Under the pieces are notes generated by a model, which saw only the letters and a list, made by a program, of their open reading frames with translations, searched no databases and was not told the DNA's origin. Positions 7,712 to 16,000 of a DNA stretch of 59,873 nt are shown here, piece after piece (position 1 is the stretch's first letter; every line of letters starts with the position of its first letter). The stretch is from the UHGV virus genome UHGV-0015476. One strand, 5' to 3'. Source of the DNA: a virus. The position numbers were made by a program, and so were the translations under genes.

Positions 7712-7736
7712 CGCGAAATTTTCAAGGCGCTTTATG
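7712..7736 (+). promoter_or_regulatory. Conserved 25-nt element (copy 9), with CTTTATG variant.
   Basis: CCGCGAAATTTTCAAGGCGCTTTATGAAGGG. Confidence 0.45.
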
Positions 7737-7774
7737 AAGGGATCAAACCCTAAAATCGAAAGGAGAAACGAATC

Positions 7775-8056
7775 ATGGAAAACATTGAAAACAATGACAT
7801 CATTACCACTGAGGCGATCAAGGAGATCACGGACGATGTTCCGACTGATAAGTCGGGTCTGACGACCGCGGTGAAGGTGAGCGTCATCGGAGCTGTCAGC
7901 ATTGCTGCATGGGAGTTCGCGGTGAGGCCGCTGGTATGCAAGGTCAAGAACCTGATGAACAAGCGGAAGACGACCAAGAAATCCAAGAAGACCGAAGAGG
8001 AAGAGATCGACTTGAATGACATGGATCTGGATGAGGTTCCCGAAATCGACGAGTAA
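7775..8056 (+). CDS. Hypothetical acidic single-TM protein, 93 aa.
   Basis: RBS AAAGGAGAAA upstream; preceded by copy 9 of the 25-nt element and followed by a terminator. Confidence 0.55.
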   Translation: MENIENNDIITTEAIKEITDDVPTDKSGLTTAVKVSVIGAVSIAAWEFAVRPLVCKVKNLMNKRKTTKKSKKTEEEEIDLNDMDLDEVPEIDE

Positions 8057-8074
8057 GGAAAACCCAACAAAGGC

Positions 8075-8112
8075 GAAAGCACTGAATGCACAGTGCTTTC
8101 CCTTTTCTGTTT
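8075..8112 (+). terminator. Rho-independent terminator with a perfect 10-bp stem (GAAAGCACTG / CAGTGCTTTC) and T-tract.
   Basis: Loop AATGCA; followed by CCTTTTCTGTTTTC. Confidence 0.7.
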
Positions 8113-8149
8113 TCTATAGGTGGGTAAAAATGAAAAGGAGAAATGAAAA

Positions 8150-8419
8150 ATGAGTCAGCGTGCATCCGTGCGAACGATTGCCAAAGCCCGGCTTAAGGCC
8201 ATGGGCGTTCCTCACGTAAACAAGGTAATGGGTTTGGGACTGTCCCATACCGGTAACCAGAACATGCAGCGCACCAGCCAAGGCCGCAAGCAGCTGGCGG
8301 AGATCCAGAAGCAGCACCAGCCCGTGTGGCGTCGCGTAACCTGTGGCAGCCTGGCTGCGGACGGCTATCTCGCCCAGATGGGCATTGGCGGGAAACGTCG
8401 GTTTCGCGTCGCGAATTGA
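8150..8419 (+). CDS. Hypothetical basic protein, 89 aa.
   Basis: RBS AAAGGAGAAATG. Confidence 0.5.
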   Translation: MSQRASVRTIAKARLKAMGVPHVNKVMGLGLSHTGNQNMQRTSQGRKQLAEIQKQHQPVWRRVTCGSLAADGYLAQMGIGGKRRFRVAN

Positions 8420-8525
8420 GGGAGGAGCAGCGCGACGACTAAGCTGGACAAAATGATATTTTGCCGGCTGCACCCGCGGGCCGCTGAAAGCGAGCACGGG
8501 GCGAATGAAAAGGAGGACACCATTC

Positions 8526-9137
8526 ATGGCAGAAGAGTACAAACCCAATTCCCATCGCTCCAGAGAGCAGGAGGCGCACGACCCGATGCCCGAGAAGCGA
8601 ACGGAAAAGGTTGTGAGCGGCAATGTCAAGCAGCGAAAAAAAACTGGCCTGAGCCGCGCTGCGAGCACTTTCATGCCCGGTGATGTTGAATCGGTCAAGA
8701 GCTATATTTTGATGGATGTGCTGGTGCCGTCCATCAAAAGGGCAATCAGTGACATCGTATGTAACGGCATCAATATGTTGTTGGGCGAATCGACTCGCGG
8801 AAAGGGCGGCAGCAGCGTCGGCGCGAAGGTGAGCTATCGCCAGTATTACCGCGATCCTGATGAGCGGCGCGATTATGCCGCGCCCAGAACCCAGGCGCAG
8901 TACAGCTATGACGACATCGTATTTGACAATCGTGGCGATGCAGAAGAAGTGCTCTACCGCATGGAAGAACTGCTGGAGCGCTTCGATATGGTGAGCGTGG
9001 CAGACCTGTTCGACATGGCTGGCATTAGCTGCAACTACACGGACAACAAGTACGGTTGGACGGATCTTCGGAACGCCCGGGTCGAACGGGTTAACGACGG
9101 ATACATCATCAAACTTCCGAGGGCTACAAGCTTATGA
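8526..9137 (+). CDS. Hypothetical protein, 203 aa.
   Basis: RBS AAAGGAGGA lies 8 nt before ATG 8526. Confidence 0.55.
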   Translation: MAEEYKPNSHRSREQEAHDPMPEKRTEKVVSGNVKQRKKTGLSRAASTFMPGDVESVKSYILMDVLVPSIKRAISDIVCNGINMLLGESTRGKGGSSVGAKVSYRQYYRDPDERRDYAAPRTQAQYSYDDIVFDNRGDAEEVLYRMEELLERFDMVSVADLFDMAGISCNYTDNKYGWTDLRNARVERVNDGYIIKLPRATSL

Positions 9138-9376
9138 CGAAGATGAAATTGAGAGCCTGCCCGTGGTGTGGCTGGCGCAGCACAACATGGATGGTCTTGG
9201 ACGGAACGCCGGGCAAGAAATCGACCAAATATTCTATCCGCTGCAATCACTGCGGGGTTGCCAGCAGGAAGAGCCGCTTCAAGTGGCGCACGAGGTGGTC
9301 CTGGAACCACATGAGCAATCCTATTGCTCCCGCGAGAAAAGAAAGGAGATACCATATTTATGGACGAGAGTTCTGA
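9134..9376 (+). CDS. Lar-family-like Zn-ribbon protein (putative restriction-alleviation / anti-restriction).
   Basis: N-terminus MKLRACPWCG with a second CNHCG pair and a WN-containing C-terminus, as in Lar-family small proteins. The family assignment is from memory only. Confidence 0.4.
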   Translation: MTKMKLRACPWCGWRSTTWMVLDGTPGKKSTKYSIRCNHCGVASRKSRFKWRTRWSWNHMSNPIAPARKERRYHIYGREF

Positions 9377-9752
9377 AACTGCTATCTTGGAATCCTCTAC
9401 TAAATCGGCATTCGACAGTATCAAGAAAGCCTATAGCGAATGTGATAAGTGCTATAACGAAGCCGGAACGGTAAAGCCCGCGGACAACGTGAATCACCCC
9501 AAGCATTACCAGAGCAAACGCGGCTTGGAGACTATCGACGTGATTGAAGCCTTTACCGAGGATTTGACCGGAGCCGAAGCGACCAATACCGGCAATGTCA
9601 TCAAGTATATTTGCCGGTGGAAGCACAAGAACGGCCTGGAGGATCTGAAGAAAGCCCGGTGGTATCTCAATCGCCTGATTAGCATCGTGGAAGAGCGTAA
9701 CGATGAAGAAATTCGCAAGATGGCGGCGAGCATATCAAGCTGTATTCGATAA
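9360..9752 (+). CDS. DUF3310-like phage protein, 130 aa.
   Basis: HYQ...IDVIEAF...GNVIKYI.RWKHKNGLEDLKKARWYLNRLI pattern typical of DUF3310. Confidence 0.55.
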   Translation: MDESSETAILESSTKSAFDSIKKAYSECDKCYNEAGTVKPADNVNHPKHYQSKRGLETIDVIEAFTEDLTGAEATNTGNVIKYICRWKHKNGLEDLKKARWYLNRLISIVEERNDEEIRKMAASISSCIR

Positions 9753-9764
9753 GGAGGAAAAGAA

Positions 9765-10691
9765 ATGAAATTCGACATCAAAAACACGGTCAATTCCTGT
9801 AAACTGGCCGTGCGCAAGCACAGTCCGGAGATCCTGGTATTCACCGGCATCGCGGGCGTCATCACCAGTGCGGTCATGGCCTGCATGGCGACAAGGAGAC
9901 TCGATCCTGTGCTGGAAGCCCATAAGGAGAACGCCGAAGCCGTTCACAAGAAGTACGAGCAAGAGCCGGATGAGCACGCCGAGAAGCAGGAGCTGACCAA
10001 GGTCTACGTGAAGACGGGTGTGGCATTTGCAAAGCTCTACGGGCCTTCGGTGACGCTGGGCGCTTTGTCCATCACCGGCATTCTGGCCAGCAACAACATC
10101 CTGCGCAAGCGCAATCTGGCGCTGGCCGCGGCTTACACGGCAATCGACACCAGCTTCAAGCAGTATCGCAGCCGCGTGGTGGATCGCTTCGGTGAGCAAG
10201 TGGACCGGGAGCTCCGGATCGGCGCCCATCAGGAAAAAATCGAGGTTGTCGAGACGGATGAGAACGGCAAGGAGAAAAAGGCCAAGAAAAATGTGACCGT
10301 GGTCGACAACCCGATGCCGTCCGATTACGCCCGGTATTTCTGCTGCGGTGAAGCGCGTGCGGCCGAACCCAATGCCGACTACAACGCCTTCTTCCTCAAG
10401 GCTCAGCAGGAGCTGGCGAATCACATGCTGATTGCGAACGGTTTCCTGTTCCTGAATGACGTATACGACATGCTGGGAATTGACCGCAGTATCGCCGGTC
10501 AGACCGTTGGCTGGGTATACGACAAGAACACGCGGGACCATGGTGATAACTACGTGGACTTCGGCATCCAGGAGGTTTACCGCAAGAAGAGCGACGAACC
10601 TGGCGACTACGAGAAGGTGTTCCTGCTGGACTTTAATGTGGACGGCAGCATTCTGAGTCATTCGCTGGAGAAGGGGCTTATTACGACCTAA
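9765..10691 (+). CDS. Paralog C of the two-TM membrane protein family, 308 aa.
   Basis: RBS AAGGAGGAAAAGAAATG. Shares SPEILVFTGIAGVITSAV and LNDVYDMLGI...VGW blocks. Confidence 0.7.
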   Translation: MKFDIKNTVNSCKLAVRKHSPEILVFTGIAGVITSAVMACMATRRLDPVLEAHKENAEAVHKKYEQEPDEHAEKQELTKVYVKTGVAFAKLYGPSVTLGALSITGILASNNILRKRNLALAAAYTAIDTSFKQYRSRVVDRFGEQVDRELRIGAHQEKIEVVETDENGKEKKAKKNVTVVDNPMPSDYARYFCCGEARAAEPNADYNAFFLKAQQELANHMLIANGFLFLNDVYDMLGIDRSIAGQTVGWVYDKNTRDHGDNYVDFGIQEVYRKKSDEPGDYEKVFLLDFNVDGSILSHSLEKGLITT

Positions 10692-11009
10692 CGGAAACCG
10701 CCGCGGTGATATTTCAATTTATTGAATCGGTTGACAGTTGATGCGGTAAAGTGTCAGGAGTGCGAGTCCTGCCACGCCGAGAACCGCAAGGTTGTTGACG
10801 ATGGTTTTCTTGACAGGATCGGAGACATTCTTGGATTTCATTACATTTGTGACGCTATCAATAATGCTGTGCGTTGGAGACAGGGCATTATGAGCGTTCA
10901 TAAGGCCGGTTTCTATGGTATCACGCTCCTTTTGTGCGGCGGTTTCCAACGATATTATAGCAAACCGGTCTGTTTCTTTCAACGACTGAATTTTTAAGGA
11001 GGTGCAGAC

Positions 11010-11123
11010 ATGGATACCGCTTTGAAGGCCGCGACCTGCATCATGTTCGCGGCGATGGCCGGCGTCTGCCTGATCGGCGGCGTGGCCGTGCTGACCAAAC
11101 CGAAGAAAATGAAGAAAGGCTGA
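11010..11123 (+). CDS. Small TM peptide, 37 aa.
   Basis: RBS AAGGAGGTG lies 7 nt before the ATG. Below the ORF-track cutoff. Confidence 0.4.
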   Translation: MDTALKAATCIMFAAMAGVCLIGGVAVLTKPKKMKKG

Positions 11124-11127
11124 TCGA

Positions 11128-11274
11128 ATGGAGTATTTGGACGCTGTCATATTTTCCCTGGACAATCTGCTGGATACCAAACGCAAGCGCCACATTGTCG
11201 GCGGGATTCTGCTGAGCGCATCCGCGCTGTTCGGGGGCTTGGCTGCAACTGTCTTAACGATCAAAAATGAATAA
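11128..11274 (+). CDS. Small TM peptide, 48 aa.
   Basis: Translationally coupled (TGATCGAATG). TM segment GGILLSASALFGGLAATVL. Confidence 0.35.
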   Translation: MEYLDAVIFSLDNLLDTKRKRHIVGGILLSASALFGGLAATVLTIKNE

Positions 11275-11304
11275 GGGAGGAAGCGCCCCTGCGGCGCGTC
11301 AAGT

Positions 11305-11619
11305 ATGTTTGGAGCGATCATCCTGACGTTCGTCATCACTGTCCTTTCCATGTCGGTGCTGTTTCTTTTGGACGAAAAAAAGAAGCAGATCCGCAACAAT
11401 GATTATATGCTCAAGGAAAACGACGGTCTGCGTCGTCAGATCTCCGATTACAATGTCAAAGAACAGCGTTGCAGGGAGCGCTCTGCCTATGATAAAGGCC
11501 TGTATGACGGCCGGGCGACGGATACTTACTATCGCCAGTGCCTGAAGAAGTTCACTTCGAGAGATCAGGCCAGTGTCATCATGAATGGAGAAAGTGAGGA
11601 AAATAGAAGATATGAATAA
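11305..11619 (+). CDS. Hypothetical membrane protein, 104 aa.
   Basis: N-terminal TM helix; RBS GGGAGGAAG upstream. Confidence 0.5.
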   Translation: MFGAIILTFVITVLSMSVLFLLDEKKKQIRNNDYMLKENDGLRRQISDYNVKEQRCRERSAYDKGLYDGRATDTYYRQCLKKFTSRDQASVIMNGESEENRRYE

Positions 11620-12169
11620 GAGAATTGTTGGGATTCTGTCCTTCGCGATCGGCGGCACGATCGGCTTCATGGCCGCGGGCAAGCTTCTGAAGGACCATTA
11701 TGAGCAGCTGGTGCAGGACGAAATTGACTCTGTCAAAGCGGCTTTCCGCAAGGAGCATCCACTGCCCCAGAAGGAAAAGAACGACCGTTCCGTCAAGCCT
11801 ACCGAGAAGGAACGCCGTCAGTACAGCAAGTACACGGCTGAGCTTGGCTACGCGAAGGACGACAAACCGGCGCCGGTGCTGGCTCCGCGGATCATCGCCC
11901 CTGATGAATTTGGCGACCAGACCGGTTACGACGGGGTGAGCCTCACCTATTACTCGGATGGGACGGTTGCGGACGACAATGATCGTGCCATGGATGAAAG
12001 CGAGATTGAGGAGACCATCGGCAAGGACAGCCTGACCCATTTCGGCGAGTATGAAGACGACAGTGTGTTCGTGCGCAACGACCGGCTCAAGGCCGACTAT
12101 GAGATCCTGATGGACCAGCGCACTTATGCGGAAGTCCTTGAGGAGAAGCCCTATCTGAAACATACGTGA
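11612..12169 (+). CDS. Hypothetical membrane-anchored protein. Start 11612 is preferred over the ORF-track start 11585.
   Basis: RBS GTGAGGA lies 11 nt before ATG 11612. N-terminal TM segment VGILSFAIGGTIGFMAAG. Confidence 0.5.
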   Translation: MNKRIVGILSFAIGGTIGFMAAGKLLKDHYEQLVQDEIDSVKAAFRKEHPLPQKEKNDRSVKPTEKERRQYSKYTAELGYAKDDKPAPVLAPRIIAPDEFGDQTGYDGVSLTYYSDGTVADDNDRAMDESEIEETIGKDSLTHFGEYEDDSVFVRNDRLKADYEILMDQRTYAEVLEEKPYLKHT

Positions 12170-12180
12170 GGTGATCCTAT

Positions 12181-12777
12181 TTGACAATCCGAGCGAAAGG
12201 AGTGAGGCCGGAAGCGGACCGGGACAGGATTCAGGATGCATACTTCGAGTGGATGATCCATCTCGTGTGCAGCGGAAAATACTCAAGGAGACTGTCCTGG
12301 AGAAAGCTCTTCCGCCTGCTTCACGAGACGGAGTTTGTTTATATTCTGAAGATGGACGCAAACCGGGCCAATGACGGAATTGATCTTCGGTATCGGTTCG
12401 CCTATGAGTCTCATCTTGACGAGAAAGCGGCCCAAATGGCGCTGGACGATCGTCCGTGCAGCCTGCTTGAAATGATGGTGGCGCTGGCACAGCGGTGCGA
12501 AGAACACATTACGGATGATCCCGAAAGCGGGAATCGGACCGGCAAGTGGTTCTTTGAAATGATCGAAAGCCTGGGGCTAATGGGCATGGACGACGAGCGC
12601 TTCGACAAGGCCTTGGCGGCGGATATTCTGGCGCGGTTCATGCGCAGGGAGTATCTGCCGTCCGGCCAGGGCGGGCTGTTCACCATCGGCAGCAACCGAT
12701 TTGACATGCGCAGTGCGGAAATCTGGTATCAGATGATGTGGTACCTGAACGAGAACATTTATGGAAGGAGAAAATGA
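12181..12777 (+). CDS. Hypothetical protein, 198 aa, TTG start.
   Basis: RBS GAGGTGA lies 8 nt before TTG 12181. The only long ORF here. Confidence 0.45.
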   Translation: MTIRAKGVRPEADRDRIQDAYFEWMIHLVCSGKYSRRLSWRKLFRLLHETEFVYILKMDANRANDGIDLRYRFAYESHLDEKAAQMALDDRPCSLLEMMVALAQRCEEHITDDPESGNRTGKWFFEMIESLGLMGMDDERFDKALAADILARFMRREYLPSGQGGLFTIGSNRFDMRSAEIWYQMMWYLNENIYGRRK

Positions 12778-13016
12778 ACATGGGACCTTTTCCTTTTGAT
12801 GCTGTTAAGGTTGTCAACCTGACGGATTTCTATTTGACCCGAGAGGAGCATAACTGTGCCATGCGGCGCGTCATCAAGAAGATCGGCCGTTGTCAGGTCG
12901 GCCTATTCGCCACCTGCATGATGGTCGGCGTGCTGCTTGGTGCGGTGATTGACCAGAAGCAGCGCATGGATGAGCTGGAGGAACAGTTGAATAAAAAGGA
13001 TGAAACGGCGGGATAA
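12774..13016 (+). CDS. Hypothetical protein, 80 aa, with a C-terminal TM segment.
   Basis: RBS GGAAGGAGAAAATG; coupled to the upstream stop. Confidence 0.5.
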   Translation: MNMGPFPFDAVKVVNLTDFYLTREEHNCAMRRVIKKIGRCQVGLFATCMMVGVLLGAVIDQKQRMDELEEQLNKKDETAG

Positions 13017-13019
13017 ATC

Positions 13020-16000
13020 ATGATCGACTTTCTGATGATTTCTACCCGCTCAACCAAGCGCGGGACAATCGAAATCTACCCAAAGTTTATCATCAGAAAT
13101 CCGAGCCAGCATCTGATGATTCGCGGCGGGGATTTCTACGCGATTTGGGTAGAGGAAAAAGGCCTGTGGTCTACCAGTGAGCAGGATGCGGTGGATATCA
13201 TCGATGGAGAGCTGGATAAGTACGCCAAGGAGAATGCTTCACGCTTTGAGTCGGGGTATAAGGTGCTGCATCTATGGGATGCGGAAAGCGGCATGATCGA
13301 CGTTTGGCACAAATACTGTCAGCGGCAAATGCGTGACTCCTTCCATATGCTGGACGAAAAATTGATCTTTTCCAACAGCAAGACGGACCGAAAGGACTAT
13401 GCTTCCAAGCGCCTGCCCTATCCTCTGGAAAAGGGGGATACCAGCGCGTGGGACAAGCTGCTTTCGGTCTTATATTCTCCTTCCGAACGCCGGAAGATCG
13501 AATGGGCGATTGGCAGCATTGTATCCGGCGACAGCCGGAAGCTGCAAAAGTTCATGGTTTTCTATGGCGCGGCGGGAACCGGCAAATCCACGATCATTGG
13601 TATTATCGAGCAACTATTTGAGGGCTATACGGCGACCTTCGACAGCAAGGCGCTTGGCCAGAGCAGCAATGCCTTTGCCCTGGAGCCCTTCAAAAAGAAT
13701 CCACTGGTAGCCATCGAGCATGACGGCGATCTGAGCAGGATCGAGGACAACACCCGGATCAACAGCCTGGTCTCCCATGAACGGATGAGCGTGAACGAGA
13801 AGTTCTCCAAGATGTATGAAAACAACTTCAAATGCTTTCTGTTCATGGGCACGAACCGTCCGGTAAAGATCACGGACGCCAAGAGCGGCCTGCTGCGACG
13901 GCTGATCGACGTATCGCCCACCGGAAACAAGCTGAAGCCCGGCGAATACAAGCAGCTGATGAAACAAATCAGCTTTGAGCTTGGCGCCATCGCTCAGCAT
14001 TGCATGGATGTGTATCTGGAAGAGCCGGATGCATACGACGATTATATTCCGCTGAATATGCTCAGTGCCTCCAATGACTTTTACAACTTTGTGCTGGACA
14101 GCTGGGCCGTTTTTCACAAGGAAGACGAGACCACCCTAAAGGCGGCATGGACGATGTATAAGGCCTATTGCGAAGACGCGAAGGTGGCCTATCCCTATTC
14201 CCAGCGGGCGTTCAAGGAAGAGATGAAGAATTACTTCCGCGACTACAAGGAGCGTGAGATTCTGGATGACGGAACGCGGGTCCGGAGCTACTACAAGGGT
14301 TTCCGAAGCGAGAAATTCGAGGAAGAGAAGCCTGAGAAGAAAGAAGAAGCGCTGAGTAAACCCGCACTAAACCTAAAGGCGCAGCCGAGCAGGTTGGACG
14401 CCGAGTATTCGGACTGTCCGGCCCAGTATGCCAACGACGCCGGTACGCCCTCAAAGCGCTGGGAGAATGTGCAAACCAAGCTGAGCGATCTGGATACCTC
14501 AAAGCCCCACTATGTGAAGACCCCGGAACAGTTGATTGTGATCGACTTCGATATTCTTGGGCCGGACGGAGAAAAGAGCTTTGAGCGAAATCTGGAGGAA
14601 GCCGGCAAGTGGCCGCCCACCTATGCAGAGGTGAGCAAAAGCGGAAAGGCCATTCATCTGCATTATCTTTATGATGGCGATGTATCTCAGCTGAGCCGCA
14701 TTTATGCGGACCATATCGAGATCAAGGTCTTTAATGGCAACAGCAGTTTGCGGAGAAAACTCTCGCTGTGCAACGACCTGCCCATCGCCCATCTTTCATC
14801 CGGACTGCCCTTGAAGGAGGCGAAGAAAATAGTCAACTTCGATTCTGTTCAAAGTGAAAAGGGCCTGCGAACTTTGATTAAGAGAAACTTGAATAAGGAA
14901 ATTCATGCAGGCACGAAGCCGAGCATCGACTTCATCCACAAGATCCTTGAGGATGCTTACAAGGACGACAAGCTGAGCTACGATGTGAGTGACATGCGCA
15001 ATGCTGTCCTGGCGTTCGCGGCACACAGCACCCATCAGGCGGAGTATTGCGTCAAGCTGGTGAGCAAGATGCAGTTCAAATCCAAGGATAAGGAAGGCGC
15101 ACCAGAGATCCACAGCGAAGCGCCAATCGTGTTCTACGATGTGGAGGTCTTCCCTAATCTGTTCCTCATCAACTGGAAGCTGCAAGGCGAAGACAAGCCG
15201 GTTGTGCGAATGATTAACCCAAAGCCCGCCGAGGTGGAGGAATTGATGCGCTACCGGCTGATCGGCTTCAACTGCCGACGGTACGACAATCATATTCTCT
15301 GGGGTCGGCTAATGGGCTACAGCAACATGCAGCTGTACAACTTGAGCCAGCGAATCGTGAACGGCGGCAAGCGGAATGACGCGTTCTTCGGAGAGGCCTA
15401 CAATGTAAGCTATACCGATGTGTATGATTTTGCATCCGCTGGCAACAAGAAGAGCCTTAAAAAGTTTGAGATCGAACTGGGCATTCACCATCAGGAGCTT
15501 GGGTTGCCATGGGATAAGCCCGTTCCAGAGGAGCTTTGGCCGAAGGTTGCCGAGTATTGCGATAACGACGTGATCGCAACTGAGGCTGTGTTCAATCATC
15601 TCTCCGCCGACTGGACGGCAAGGCAGATTCTGGCGGACATCGCAGGCCTTACGGTGAACGACACGACGAACCAGCTGACCACCCGAATCATATTTGACCA
15701 GGTGCGCAAGCCGCAGGCAGAGTTCAACTACCGCGATCTGAGCCAGCCGGTGCACGAGCTGAAGCAGGAGGTGTACAAGTTCCTGCTGGAGGCGACACCG
15801 GAGATGATGGAAGTGAAGCATGGCGAGGACGAGAGTCTACTTCCCTATTTTCCGGGATACACCTTCGAGAAGGGCATATCCACCTATCGCGGCGAGGAAG
15901 TCGGAGAAGGCGGCTACGTCTATGCGGAGCCGGGTATGTACGGCAATGTTGCGCTGCTGGATATCGCTTCCATGCACCCGCACAGCGTGATCGCCGAGTG

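Noticed and set aside
5693-12490. Long minus-strand ORFs (5693-6412, 6618-7628, 6781-7236, 9735-10661, 10719-11399, 11579-12490).
   Set aside because: They lie antisense to + strand genes that have good RBSs and recognisable paralogs or motifs. They are typical shadow ORFs of ~55-60% GC DNA, with no RBS and no homology signals. Only the 3' ~180 nt of 10719-11399 lies in a + strand gap; it could encode a 60-aa TM peptide but lacks an RBS.
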